The notes: generated by a model not told the origin, from the letters alone. Counted from the first letter of the stretch, positions 26,116-40,319 are shown. The stretch is DNA of 64,000 nt from the human T2T-CHM13v2.0 reference genome, Homo sapiens (GCF_009914755.1 NC_060928.1); one strand, 5' to 3'. Program-made: numbers and translations.

Positions 26116-27650
26116 GTAAGTTGGAAATACAAGCTTTATTTGTTGAAAATATTAAACAATTGACACAGTTAAATGAGTACCCTCATTTTGAAATCTAACA
26201 TGAGTTTTTATGAAATTCTGAAATATAGGTCTGGATTTACATGAAGTATTCTCAACCTGTATAACTAAATTGCCTTTCTAATATTGTGACAATTTAAATG
26301 AAAAGTGGCAATTAGATGTAATGCAGAAGACTTTATTTGTTCCTTACAAAAGATGGCTCATTCTGAAATCATGCCATACAAAATACAGAAAGTTTACAAA
26401 AGTGGACATATCCTCCCTCTTCCCCTCAGCCTCACCCACCAGAGGAAATAACTGCTAAATGTGGTATTTATGCCCTCAAGACTTTTGTGTAAATGTTTTA
26501 AGGGCTGTTTATTGATATTTAGGTGGATAAGATTAAAAAACACTAAAATGTAGACTATGTAAAGAAAGGATATTCATATTCTTTGAGGATGTGGTTAGTA
26601 AAACCAAGGAGATAATAGAACAATTGTAAATCGAAGCCAAGGAATGGTTTTATATGAGATAAATTTATTCATAAATATACTTTTTTCAAGGAGTTAGTGA
26701 TTTTATTACTTAAATAAAGGCTAATAAAAAGTTAAAATTCTTGCTGAAAGTATTTTTTTTTTGTTTTTGAAACTTGCTAATTTGTTCTCAACATACAGGG
26801 CTAGCAGTAAATTACAGGTGAAATTCTAGGTACATTAATTGGGTAGTCTAAGTGATTTTGAGTTTGAATGAGTACATTTTGAAAATTCTGTGTTTGAAAG
26901 TCACTCCTGAAAGATACAGATAGAATAAGAAATGAGCCACTATAGTACTGATTTTTAGAGGGAAATTTTCTCAAAAGCTTTCAAATTTACTGCGTTATAA
27001 AATATACATTTTTAAAGAAGTATAGCGATGTTCTTGAGTGACAAAAACAATAAACTTTACAGAAAAAAATAGAAAATCAGAATATTTGTTTGAACTGATT
27101 AACTACTGAAGACTCTAACATCTAGTCAGATGGCTTATGATCAACATGCTAGAAATAGAATGTATTCAACTGTGTCCTTCTTACTAGATATCATATAAAC
27201 ACTAGTCAGAGGAGAAATATGGGTTTTGAAAGATAAAAAACTACTCTCATTTCTGTGATTAGAATCCCAAATGCTTGTATAGCCATAGCAACCACTTGTT
27301 TGTAGCTTAGCTCCAAGTGATTTTCCAGTTTATCTTGCCTTTTACCCCATTACTTTCTGATTATACAATATTTGAGCGTGAGGAGCTGTTCTTTTCATTA
27401 TTATTTTAAGACTCGTATGTTACTTTATTATAAAGAAAAAGCATTATGTATTTTGTTAATTCAGTTTTTCAGTTTTGTGCAGTTGTTCTAGATTCAATCT
27501 TAAGTTTCATATTGACAAGTTGTTTGATGCAAGAAAAGATACCACCAAATTTTATATTAAGGTATTTACCTGTATTAAGACTAGGTAGTAAATCAAAGTT
27601 TCATTATCAGAGTACCCTTTTAAAGCAAAAATACAATAATAAATATTCAA

Positions 27651-27933
27651 TTTTTTTTTTTTTTGAGACTGTCTCATTCTGTCACCCAGGCTGAAGTGCA
27701 GTGCCGTGATCATGGTTTATTGTAGCTTTGAACTCCTGGGCTTAAGTGATCCTCCTGCCTCAGCCTCCTGAGTAGCTAAGGACTACAGGCATGTGTCACC
27801 ATGCCTGGCTAATTTTTTAAAAAAAATTTTTTAAAGATTGTCTTGCTATTTTACCCAGGCTAGTCTCAAACTCCTGGGCTCAAGCAATCCTCCCTCCTCG
27901 GCCTCCCAAAGTGCTGGGCCACTGCATGTGGCC
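27651..27933 (-). mobile_element. Alu (AluJ-like)
   Basis: Antisense diverged Alu with T tail. Confidence 0.9.
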
Positions 27934-27982
27934 CAATAATCAACTCAATTAGGAACTTATATTTAGATTGTGATTATTTACA

Positions 27983-28293
<311 letters not shown>

Positions 28294-31200
28294 TAAATAC
28301 AGTGATTAATAAAGGCTCAAATTGTGAAATTTTTCATACCATTTAATCAGATCATTCTGGTATTTTAAGTACATGTTAAAAGACTACGTTCTTTATTCTG
28401 TTATGTGGATGCACATGTGCTCATAATTGCCAGGCAATAGAAAACTATAGCGTTGAGATTATGTATACAGCAGTTTTCAGCTATCACTTCTTAAACACCT
28501 GGAGCATGTACATGTGTGTTTTCATTCTATCATTTTTGTTTTTATATCCATTTTTGAGATATAATTATTATAAATATATGTCATGCTTTATAATAGATTA
28601 CTATGTCTGGACTATAAGAAATAGCATAATACCTTTTTATAAAACAGCTATAAAAACTTAAATCGTAAAAGTAAGGATGTGAAGTGAACATTTTGAGTTC
28701 CTCTGCTCTTGAACAATATTGCTAATGAATTTACCATTTTAGTACATATCAGGGTAGCTGCTTTCATTTTAATACTTCATAATCAGATTAGAAACTCACC
28801 TTGTGATAATTTTAAGAAGCTTTTTTTAGGATTTCATTTTTACATTTTAGGATTTCATTTTTCAATTTTAAATCTAGCCACAACCAGATTTACAAGTGTT
28901 AGAAAATGTTGCTCTTTTGAGTATTGGCAAGATCCGTGGTTTTGAAAAACCCAGGCAAAAAATCTTTTGTGACAAACCATTCTCTACTCTGTGTATCATA
29001 GCCTGACATTTGGGAAAACAATGCAAATTGTGGATCTCGAAGTAAATTTTTGAAAGGACTTTTCTCTTCATATATTTATTTCCCCTTCATATATTTCTTT
29101 CCCTTCAGTCCAGCTTCCATTAGGAGTATCTCCATTGTTTTAATGTCTGGAATATAAAAACTAAGCCTTTGGTTAGGATACAGTGAGAGATTGTGTAATG
29201 CATCATCATTGTATGGTCCAGATTACCCACCCATCTGTCGTGCATCAGCCACAGACCACTTCCCATCTTTTCTTGCTTGGTTTCTTTCCTTTGTTTCTTT
29301 GGAGGAGGCAGTAGTTCTTCTTAACTTCTTAATTATTTTCTTTTTCATACATTCAGAAGAGTATATTCAATATATATGTGCAGTTTAAAGAAAAATAAAA
29401 GGATTAATGTCAACAGTTTTACTTGAATGAGAAATATAAATATACTGAAAATTATTTGTCTCAAGGAGCAATAACTTTCCTGTGACTAGATCTATAGTCT
29501 ACTACTGAAATTAGAATTAACTTTAGTACTTGATATAAATTTGTGATATAAATTACACATTCTATGATAATCATAATTTTGACATTGTACACAATGTTCT
29601 TACCTGTATTAAGTAAAATAAAAGACAGTTTTTCCTATTTTTATGCATTGTCTAAGCTTATCAGAAAACAGAATACCACACATTTTTTTCTGTCAGCCAT
29701 ATATTTCTATAAATAATAAAGCAGAAAAAGAATATTACTTTTTTGGGATGTTGTATATCTTGAAATATAATGTAGGTTTCATGGGTACAGATGCAATGGA
29801 GCTACTAATTTTATATTTTATGTCATTCGACATAGTTTCTATAAGGGAATCACTGTATAAAAACGTCTATGCAAGATTTGCCATATCTTTTAGTAGCAGA
29901 AGTTCAAGGAGAACTTCTTGAACTCTACCTTACATGTTTGTTCAGTTTTAATTCGTTACAGAACATTGTCTATATATCTGAAACCGTGCATTGTTTCTCA
30001 GATACAGAGTCATAGTTTCATCGCTTGTTTGGATAGTTTAATAGGTTATAGAGCTAGAACAATGAGGATCTTTGGTTGGGGGGTTTCTGTCTGTTTCTGA
30101 TGTTACTTATGGCACTTAATTTCAATCTGTAAAACATTTATAATTCCTACGTTAATTTTATAGATCAAAGGATAAATTAATATATATATCACCTTAAAAA
30201 TACTCTGTAGGTAGATATTATACCAAAGAGCCAGCAATTTTAAATGTTGTAAATGACACTGTAGATCACAAAAATGTTTTTAAGAAATATCCTGCAAATT
30301 AAGTTTTAAAAGTCCTAACAGACTGGTTAGTTAAGCCATTTTGTTACAAGGATTTATCAAAGGTCCCTTTCAGCCATAAAAATAGGTGATTCTTAATCAT
30401 CTTGTGTACTGGGACTTGAACAGAAGATGCTGCATGCTACTGAAAAATAAAGTATCTATAATATGACAGATAGGTGTCAGGGTATGCCTGGGTCTTTTCT
30501 TCATAACGAAAAATTGAGCATTTTGTGAAGAGGGAAGAATAATAAACTAAACCATTTTAGCTAGAAATTATAAAATAGTATTACCTTGCCAGATGGAACA
30601 AAATCACTAGACCTTAAGTTGAAAAATCGAAATAATAGTGTTTTCGTTATTAATGTTAACTGTATTTTGAAAGCTCTTCAGGATGATTATGCTAACAAGT
30701 TCAGGTATGCTGTGACCAGTAACTTTTAGACCTTATTTTTACCAACCCCATTTGAAATCTGTAGATCCTCTCCCAGAAAAATAAGCACATGCCAGAATAT
30801 TTTGCATATTTTTCCAAAGAGTTTGTGGGTCCCAGTTTTAGAATCCAGTTGTATACCTTGCCAAATGAATTTGCCATTATTTATTCATATTTGCTCCCTT
30901 TGAAGCTAAGCACCTAATAGTATTCTAATCTGAGATCATTAATATTTATTGAATACCTAACATATGCTTGGCATCTAGATAAATATGACTGATTTCTGAT
31001 AAAAGTTTTCCTGATAAGGAAACATTTTAGATATTACTGTGAGGAGTTAGGCTTCATTTTACTTGTCAGTGTTCTTTGAGACCTGTTTTATTATTTATTG
31101 AGAAATAGTCTATGGAAAGGCCAGAAAAAAATTCAGTCTTCTTCCTTTATTCATACATTTAACTGTAATCACCCACTTCCAAAATAGCCCCAATTGCTGG

Positions 31201-31466
31201 AGAATAGATAATCTATTGTGATAATCTTTGAATTCTATGTTAAATATATTAGAAAAGAATCTATTCCAGTATGTTTTAGAGAGTGTTGCAGGAACTGTAA
31301 TATTTTCTTAGAGAAATTTTTTTTTCTTAGGTGCTTTAGTTTCAAAGTTATTGAGATTTGAAGAATGTTTATAAGGATTAAGGTAGTTTTAAAATATTTC
31401 TATAGGTGATATAACGATCCATTGTATTTAGCATTTTAATTTCATAAAAGTTATTTTTAATTTTAG

Positions 31467-31628
31467 GAACAAGAGTTGAATGCTCGAGCCCGGGCCCTCC
31501 AAGCTGCATCTGCTTCATGTTCATTTCGGCCCAATGGATTTGATGACAACGACCCACCAGGAAGCTGTGGACCAACTGGTGGAGGGGGTGGAGGAGGATT
31601 TAATACAGTTGGCAGACTCGTATTTTGA
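31467..31628 (+). CDS. USP38: USP38 terminal coding exon
   Basis: ttttaattttag acceptor; EQELNARARALQAASASCSFRPNGFDDNDPPGSCGPTGGGGGGGFNTVGRLVF then TGA (31626-31628). The eight exons total 2311 nt in one continuous frame. Confidence 0.96.
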   Translation, partial: EQELNARARALQAASASCSFRPNGFDDNDPPGSCGPTGGGGGGGFNTVGRLVF

Positions 31629-32639
31629 TCCTGAGAGAGTCCAAAATGCACTGGTCACGAAACGTCTAATACTATGACTGTTAAAATGTCAGACTATAAC
31701 AAATATCTATCTTTTATTTTTCATTAGACCCTTATACTTCAAGAGAACACACTCAGTGCTTGTTTTTATTTTCTTGACACATTTATTAACAAAATGCATC
31801 ATGGAAAAAAAATCTACCTCTTAAAATTCCATTTGCTTTTATGGTTAGACATGCTTGACCAAAAATGTTCAGAAGAAAATATGTACCTGGTCCCTAATTA
31901 AGCTGCGTTAAATTTGGTAGAAGCATTTAAATGGTCTATCTTCAGTTTTACTGAACAAAAAATGTAATTTATTTAGCATTCTTTATAAAAGAATTGATGC
32001 TAGAGGTAAAAAAAAATACTTGTTTTTAAAAAATCCTTTACGTCTTGTGTAATTACCCCATTATTAAATTCAAGTCCTTGAAAATCAACTAGAGATTATA
32101 AAGTCTCTAAAGAAGGCAATAACAAAATTTATCAAGATATAGTACTTTTCAGTTTTTGTTTAGTGTCTTCAGCATCACTGTGTCTGTATTTCAAGTACAA
32201 ATGTTTTTAAAAAGGATTCTTTATACATATGTGCTGAATTGATTTTAAGAAAGTTGCATGATCCTGTAGGAGCAACATTTTTACCTAAAAAATGCTAACT
32301 TTATAGTATTTCTAATTGTTCAAGGATTTTAAAATTCTATTTCAGGGAGTATATCTTCTGTGGTTTTGAAGGAGGTGAGTTCTGTATGTGCCTTGCAGTA
32401 CTGTAATTCAAAAATAGGAATCTTTGGCTGCAAAATTTTAATGAAATGTTAGGAAGTAATTTTCGTGCTAACATTAAAATTATAACTTTTTGAAAGGTAA
32501 TAGATTTTCCAGAAGTAAAATCTGATGGTTCTAAATCAATCAATGTGATAGTTCATTTTTAACTCTTAGAAGAATTCAGAGGAAATTAACCCAGCTAAGT
32601 AAAAAATCTGTCTTGATTTTGTTACTTATTCCTCAGAAT

Positions 32640-32700
32640 ATTAAACATTGATCACATATTTTTAGAGTTTTACATTTGGGTTTTTTGTTTGTTTGTTTCA
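32640..32700 (+). terminator. Candidate proximal polyadenylation site
   Basis: ATTAAA at 32640-32645 followed ~30 nt later by the GU/U-rich element ttgggttttttgtttgtttgtttc. Confidence 0.5.
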
Positions 32701-33458
32701 GTCATATGTTTGGCACTGTTGTTTCTATTTTCGTAGTTTTAGATAAAATGTTAAAATGCCAAACCCTACCTTCCTACACTTTTTCTTTTGCCAGGAAACT
32801 GGAAACATGTCAGTTCTCCTGGTTCTTGATTATACAGTACTCAAGAGTTATCCCAGTTATCCCCCTTCCTAAAGGTTTTAACTTATCCACAGTTGTGCAT
32901 TGTTCTGAAGATTGGTCTCATATTTATTTTGAAAACACTTTAAGGAAACAATGTTCTTCGATGATTTGGGGTTTATCTTTTTCCCAAGCTTTTATGACAG
33001 TGGTTAAAAAACAGAAATCCTCATGTTTATTCCATTACCTCCCATTCCTAACCTGTTTCCAATCACCAGGAAGATTAGGAAGGCAGATTAGATTAAAAAC
33101 TGAAAATTCTTTGCAGATTTAATGAAGGTTCTCCTCCTTATAAATGAATGAACCAGTTATCATGCTTTTCTGTGGTTTTCCTATCCCAATAGTGAATTTC
33201 TGAGCTATCCTGTGTGTTCAGTTATCCACTTACTTGATAGCAACTTACGACCAGATTATATCAGTCTTGGCATTTATTGAAATTGGTAAAGTGATTTAAT
33301 ACTTGATAGATTGATATTGGGCTAAGATGCTTCTAGGAACTTTCATAAAAGCAATTAGACTTGTGCAGCTTTATCTATGAATATCAGGTCTCTCAAGGAT
33401 TTTATGTATCAAGATAATATGTATTGACTTTTTTAAATGATAAAATGAATTCTAGTTA

Positions 33459-33770
33459 GAGTCTTTCCTTGGTATCTGCAGTGGATTGGTTCCAGAACAC
33501 CATCCCCCAATATTAAAATCCACAGATACTCAAGTCCCTTATTTATATAAAATAGCACAGTATTTGCATATAACCTGTGCACATCCTCCCATATATTTTA
33601 ATCTCCAGATGATTAGATATGATTGCATAGCACTTACGTTGTGCTATGTAGTTGTTATATTGTTTTTTCATTTGTACTATTTTTTATGATATTTATTGGT
33701 TTTTTAAATTTTCTATCCAAAGTTGTTTGAATCTAAGGATACAGAGCCTGAGGATATGGAAAGCTGACTA
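33459..33770. mobile_element. MER2 (Tigger family) within the probable 3' UTR
   Basis: ccttggtatctgcagtggattggttccagaac...aaaatccacagatactcaagtccctta...ggatatggaaagctgact. Confidence 0.75.
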
Positions 33771-35759
33771 AATATAGTAACACTGAAGAGTATTCAAATG
33801 ATAACTCATACCAGTACCAAAAACTTGAAGACTTCCTTTTAACATTAAAAATACAGTAACTTTTTACGTGATTTGTTGAATTCAACATATTTGGAACCAG
33901 AATAATCAGAAACTTCATTCAAAACCTATGCATCTGAACTTTTTTAGTAAGGTAATACTCAGGACTGTTCTGATTCTAACAGATCCCTGTTAATTACAGA
34001 TTTATTTGTCATATTAGGTCTTTTCTTTCTCCCATATTCCTAACCCGTGTACTAGCTCCAACTGTTGTGAGGTTTGACTCTGAAGACTGAGTAGAGTACT
34101 ATTGTTGTTTTTCTTTCCTTAGTCAGAGTAATCAGTTTAAATGAAGTTGCTCATTGCTGCTAAGAAGCATTAGGCTTCACTGCTAGCAAAAATGAAAAAC
34201 TACAAATCTGAGTCTTTCTTTCAAAGATGTTTATTGACATAATTAAAGTAAAAAATTGTTTAGAGATATGCAAAGAAGGAAATATATATGATGTCACACA
34301 AGCTCCAGTAAGCTATCCACTAAGCAGGTGCCTGTGCAACTCTGATTTATGGCATTAACATATCAAATTGAAGGAAGGATTCTAGCTCATTTTCCATTCA
34401 AGCATCTTCCCACTGCCTCTCTTCCAGCTAAATAATCAGAGAAGCAGGGCAGTATATCCCTGGAGATCCCTGACTTTTATCTCCATACCTTAAATTGTTG
34501 GTAGATCCTTTGGATGTAGAGATAAAAATTCATTATGATGCTAGAGGCATTGGGGGGTCCATGCGAAAGGTTCAAACAGCCTATTACATTAATGCACATG
34601 TGGAAAGAACAAAAATTTTCAAGCTAAGTCTTAAGTTCAAATCTATAATTTTTTTCTCTTCAGTTCTGTTCTTTGTATGATAATACTTAAAAAAGTAGTT
34701 GTCTTCTTTTCACATACACCTCTTTAAAGCTATCATCTTATAATAAGTGGAATTGGATGCTTATTGTGTGCCCAGCACAGTTTAGGAAAAAAATAATTGG
34801 CACTGTTTGTCCAGTTACTGGAGATCTTCATTTTGATGCTTTGTACTTTGTTCCAGGTCTTTAATTCTCAGTCCATCTTTTCCTATGATTGTGTACTTCA
34901 CATGATACATTCCATATAAAGAGCTCTTTTAAAATGACTATTTCAAAAATACTGTACATTTATATATAGTATTTTTTCTCATAAAAATGTGATAGTTTAT
35001 ATATCCTTTCATCATACGTTTTTTCTAATGAGTTTAGATTTCTGAAACTAAATATTCCTGAAGTAGAGAAGAGTAAGTTATTCACATTTTACAAAAACAT
35101 ACTAGGAAATGCTAACTGGTTATTATTAGCAACTCAGTAACATCAGAGGAGTAAGGTTAAATCTTAGATAATGCAAACCTGTAACTAAGAAGTGCAACAG
35201 TAAGGAAATTTGAATTAAAAGTTGCTATCCCCAAAAAACAAATAATTCTAAAATATAAGCTGTTTCATATGTATATTCTTAAGTTTTATCAAACTGTTAT
35301 GTATCTTCAGTGTTAGCCTAAGTTAATTTTCTTACAGTCCTTTTTTAGAAGTGAACGAACCTTAAAATGAATGGGGGATTAAAAAAAAACTGCTTTAAAA
35401 AACTAGCTTGTTTAAAAAAAAGCTTTCCCATATGAAGAAATTTGTATAGAAATAATTTCTAAAGAAATGAGAATCAAGATTTTTATAAAATCAGCAGTCT
35501 AGGTTTCACAAATTCAAAAGGATTTATTATGTAAAACCATTAGCCCCACTGTTACATAACCAGTGTGGACTTAACATTAAAAATAGAATCTAAGAAGTCA
35601 GCCAAGTGTATTGCCAGCTCTCGTCAGTGTCTGTTATGACCTGCAGTTGTTTTTCTCTTCATGGAGCTCATGTTTTCATGTTTTGCTTGTGTTGTTGACA
35701 CACACACACACATCCCTTGATTTCAGAGGGTGAAAAATTTAGCCTTTCCTGGCCAGGTC

Positions 35760-35927
35760 ATCAGTTTTTAACCTTGCATTTCATGTTGAAATCACTTGAA
35801 GAGCTTTTTAAAAATCATACCATGCCCAACCCTCATCCCAGACCAATTACATTATGTGGAGACTGGGCATCAACGTTTTTTGAAGTTCCTCACATGATTT
35901 TAATGTGCCACCTGGGTTGAGAACTGG
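35760..35927. mobile_element. MER5-type hAT MITE
   Basis: gaaatcacttgaagagctttttaaaaa...catcccagaccaatta...gattttaatgtgccacctgggttgagaac. Confidence 0.65.
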
Positions 35928-37131
35928 ACTACAAAAGGAATTTTTTCCCCATAGGTCTTTCATTCAAGGGGATTATTAACATATGTCAAGAGTCTACCGT
36001 GTGCTGGACACTGGCAGATATTTATGTGTCTTTTTAACTTATACCAGCCCTGTAAGTGGGCTCATACCCATATCCTCCCTTACCCCTTAATGGACAAAGA
36101 AAATAAAGATTCTGATTAAGGAACTTGCTCAACATCGTGCAGCTAGTAAAAATCAGAACTAAGATTTTAACCCAAGTCTTCAGAGCTCCAAAGTCAATAC
36201 TCTAATGGAGCAACAGGACTTAAGCAAATTACATATTAACAAAAGCTTAACAATGAATTTTGTAAAATGAAATATCAGTGTGTTTCCTTTATCCTTTTGC
36301 ACTCCAAACATGATTCCTTAAGAAAAAAAAAAAAAGATCTACTTTGTTAAAACCTATATGTGATAATCTAAAGGGTTGAGAAATGTGGTTCTTAAACTCA
36401 TTTGTTTTACCCGCCTAGTTTCTGTTTGCTTTACTAGGCTTATCTCTTCCATTCTTGCCTTTATGCCCTCTGTCATGCATATTGGACCTTGCATCATTTT
36501 TTTTCACACAGCACCATATACTTGCCATCTCGAGACCTTTGCACATTCAGGTCTCAGGATAGCATACCATTCCCCTTACGCTACTTTCTCTTCCCAGCTT
36601 TCAGCGGACTAATGACCTCCTACTCTTCAGTATGTTCATATCTTCTCATACTGACTTCCCAAGCTGATTAGTCTCCGCCTTTATCCTGAGGTGTGTATTG
36701 TGCTTCTCTTTGAGAAGGCCATGGCTTAGCAATGGGGCTAAATTAACACTGGAGTAAAGGCTAATCCTTTACAGTATAAAGTTTACACCCAACAAAGATT
36801 AAAAGTAGGTCTTAAAAGGATCAAATTCTAATGCTGGTTAAATTCTTTAAGTAATTTAACTGCATACAGAACAAATGGCAACCTTTTTAAGGAAATGCAG
36901 TATACATACCCAGCATTTAAGAAAGTAAAATTCACAGTATCCAGCATCTGATCAAAAAGTCTGAGGCATTCAAAGAAGGAGAAAAATCCAGAAATTATGG
37001 AAAGAAAGGAATTTGCAAAGTAGGAGTTTAAGAGGAATGTAGAAAATCATGAGCACAGTGAAGAGAAAAATGGAAGATCTGAGAGTCAGTTATCCAAGAG
37101 AAAATTAAAAGCACCCAGAGGAAAAGAATAT

Positions 37132-37686
37132 GAGGTCAGCAAACAATACAGAGCCCACAGACCAAGTCTATCCTGCGTCCTGCTTTTTCGTAAGTAAAGT
37201 TTTATTGGAGCACTGCTATACCTGTAACCTATTGTGTATGGCTGTTTTTACACTACAATGGTAGAGCTGAGTAGTTATGACGGAGACCATATATATTAGT
37301 CTGTTTTCATGCTGCTATAAAGAACTGCCTGAGACTGGGTAATTTATAAAGAAGAGGATTAATTGACTCACAGTTCTGCATCGCTTGGGATGCCTCAGGA
37401 AACACAGTCATGGCAGAAGGGGAAGCAGGCTTGTATTACAAGGTGGCAGGCAAGAGAGAGCAGGGAAAACTGCCTTATAAAACCATCAGATCTTGTAAGA
37501 ACTGACTATCCTGAGAACAGTATGAGGGAAATCATCCCCATGATCCAATCACCTCCCATCAGGTTCCTTCCTCAACACCTGGAAATTACAATCCAAGATG
37601 AGATTGATTATGGTGTAACCATATCACCATACAGCCTGCAGAGCCGAAAATATTTACTGTGGTACATTTAAAAATTCTGATCCTTG
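37132..37686. mobile_element. MER58A split by a MaLR LTR
   Basis: gaggtcagcaaac...taaagttttattggagcac...agagctgagtagttatgacggagaccata | cagcctgcagagccgaaaatatttact. Confidence 0.75.
37292..37626 (-). mobile_element. MaLR solo LTR (MSTA/THE1-like)
   Basis: tattagtctgttttcatgctgctataaagaactgcctgagactgggtaatttataaa...aaccatatca; 5-bp TSD CCATA. Confidence 0.88.
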
Positions 37687-39186
37687 ATATAGAGAAACAA
37701 AAGACCAGTCATGTCATTTTATCAGAATATGAAAGCTAGAGGATGGTGGAATGGCATCTAAAAAGTGCAGAAGGGAAAAAAAGTCAACCTAGTGAATACT
37801 CACTATATCCAGTGAAGATTCATTCAACATGAAGGGGAAATAGATATTTTTAGACAAAAGCTGAGAGAATTTTTTTCTTGAATATTTGCACTAAAAGATA
37901 GGTTAAAATTCTTCAGGCTGAAGAGAGCATACCAGGTGGAGATTTGGATCTACAAAAAGGAAGGAAGATTTGGAAATGGATTTGGCACCATTGACTCAAT
38001 TTCCAGAACAAGAAAGCAGGGACAGTTTTGGGAAGCTCAAGACACACTGCCCATGAGCAGCAATTTGGACCTCCTGCTGCATCCACTGTGCATCAAACAC
38101 ACACTGTACAGACAAAGACTCCCAGGAAAAGAAGTATAAACATGGACTAACACAGAGATGGGCAAACTACAGCCTGTGACCCAGCCACCTGTTTATGTAG
38201 AATCCAAAGTAAGAATCTTTAACTTACACATAAACTTCTAGAATTGAGTTTAGCAAGTCTCCTAAATACAAAGTTAATATACAAAGTTCAAGGGTATATT
38301 TATACACCAGTGACAGGTATTAGAATATGAAATTTTAAAATATTGACAATAATGTAAAAAATCAATTTTTTAGAAATCTAGAAACAGCTTTTTAGAAATA
38401 AAAGATGCATAAGACTGCCACACAATACCATAAAACATTATTTAGGAAGTTAAAGAAGACCTAGATAAATTATGGCTTGGAAGACTCAATATTATAAATA
38501 CCTAATTTGTCCTCAAAATAAATAGCCAACTTTTCCCAGTCTGTAGAATCAATGCAATCCCAATCTGGGAATTCTATTTTGTATTGAGCTGATTCGGAAA
38601 TGTAAAGGGAAAAAGTCCAAAAATTGTCAAGACTCTTGGAAATGAGGAACAAGGTAGAATGACTTTCTTTACAAGATAAAACTTATAAAGCTAAAATAAT
38701 TAAGATAAGGGGACTTATCAGAAATACGCCCATACTTACATGCATATGTGATTTATGACAAAAATAATGTGACCATCCTAGTTTGAGACTGAGGCTGTTC
38801 CCAAGACATAGAAATTTCAGCTAAAACCAAGAAAGTCCCAGGCAAACTGCAATGACTTGGCCCCTAGACAAAGGTGACACTTCAGTGTGAAAAGGATGGT
38901 CTTTTCCATAAATTTTAGTGGTACAGTGGGTAATCATGTAAGATAAAAGAAAACCCTTACCGCACACTATATATAAAAAATGTATTTCAAGTGGATTTTA
39001 ACTGTAAACTGAAAGGCAAAATAACACATCAAAGAGATTACTTAGAACATCTTCAAAATCTAGGTGTATGGTTAAGATTTCTTAAACAGGACCAAAAAAT
39101 CCTTAGTCATGAAGGAAAACAGTGATAAAATGGATTACATTAAGATGAAAAGCTTTTCATCAAAAACTCCATTAAGAATAAAATAT

Positions 39187-39327
39187 GGGCCAGGTGCTGC
39201 GGCTCACACCTGTAATCCCAACAATTTGGGAGGCCAAGGTGGGAGGATCACTTGAGCCCAGGAGTTCAAGACCAGTCTGGGCAATTTAGTGAGACATCGT
39301 CTCTAATTAAAAATAATAATAATAAAA
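39187..39327 (+). mobile_element. Alu left monomer (FLAM_C-like)
   Basis: Single monomer ending in an (AAT)n tail. Confidence 0.85.
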
Positions 39328-40025
39328 TACAAAGCCACAAAATGGTACATCTGTGTAAATCATAAGCGAACGTATAAAGAACTACAAATCAACATAGAAA
39401 AGCCATAGAAAAATGAGCAAAAGACTTGAGCAGGCACTTCCAAAGAAAATAAATTTCTAATATACAAAAAGGTGCTGAACTTCATTAATCACCAAACCTC
39501 AATAATATGCCATTAAATGCTCATAGAATGAATAAACTTTAAAAAAACTGTCAATATCAAACATTGGTGAGGATATAGAAAGTTAATTCTCATATACTAC
39601 TTACAGGAGCGTGAATTGATAAAAGTACTTTGGAAACTGTTTGGCACTATCTTCTAAAACTGAACATGTGCCTACTGTGTTATCTGGTAACTTCACTGCT
39701 AAAGAGAGATGCTACAAAAAATGTGTGCAGAAGGCACATTTTAAATGTTGTGTACACAGAAACAGTTTTAAATGTTCAATGCAGTATTATTCATAGTAGC
39801 CTAAAACTTGAAACAACCAAAATATTCATGAAGAAAAGAATGGATAAGTAATCTGTGGATATGCATTTTTCTTGCTGCTTTTAGCAAAATATAAATTCTG
39901 ATGGACATTCATATATATTAAATTCCTTTACAGCAGCAAAAATGAATAAACTCCAGATACACGTCACAACATTTGAATTCCACAACCATAATACTGAGGG
40001 AAACACAAAAGAATGCCCATCTTGT

Positions 40026-40319
40026 GGCCAGGCGTGGTGGCTCAAGCCTGTAATCCCAGCACTTTGGGAGGCCGAGGTGGGTGGATCACGAAGTCAGGGG
40101 TTTGAGACCAGCCTGGCCAACATGGTGAAACCCCGTCTCTACAAAAAATACAAAAATAGCCAGGTGTGGTGGTGTGCACCTGTAATCCCAGCTACTCGGA
40201 AGTCTGAGGCAGGAGAATCACTTGAACCTGGGAGGCGGAGGTTGCAGTGAGTCTAGACTGCACCATTGCACTCCAACCTGGGAGACAGAGCAAGACTCCA
40301 TCTCAAAAAAAAAAAAAAC
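40026..40319 (+). mobile_element. Alu (AluSg-like)
   Basis: Full Alu; AAAAGAATGC on both flanks. Confidence 0.93.

Larger units (their letters stand above)
31629..35000 (+). other. USP38: USP38 3' UTR (distal end approximate)
   Basis: AU-rich, nearly repeat-free stretch after the stop; variant hexamers ATTAAA (~32063, ~32473, 32640) and TATAAA/CATAAA (~34915/~34980). The true end cannot be fixed from sequence alone. Confidence 0.55.

Noticed and set aside
24775-26163. 462-aa ORF as a standalone gene or retrocopy
   Set aside because: It starts at TTG inside a spliced exon, lacks the Cys box, and is in phase with flanking USP38 exons.
28826-29107. Short tandem duplications (also 43188-43221, 59413-59440)
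   Set aside because: Two-copy slippage repeats without unique spacers; not a CRISPR-like or functional array.
31463-31677. Alternative-frame and antisense ORFs over the last exon (poly-Pro)
   Set aside because: By-products of the GGN glycine codons; short and unsupported.
32676-33122. 148-aa ORF in the 3' UTR
   Set aside because: Non-ATG start in the track, composition typical of AT-rich noise, no recognisable domain.
37980-38150. GC-richer island inside old L1, possible retrocopy fragment
   Set aside because: No recognisable parent gene, poly(A) tail or TSD; cannot be supported without a search.
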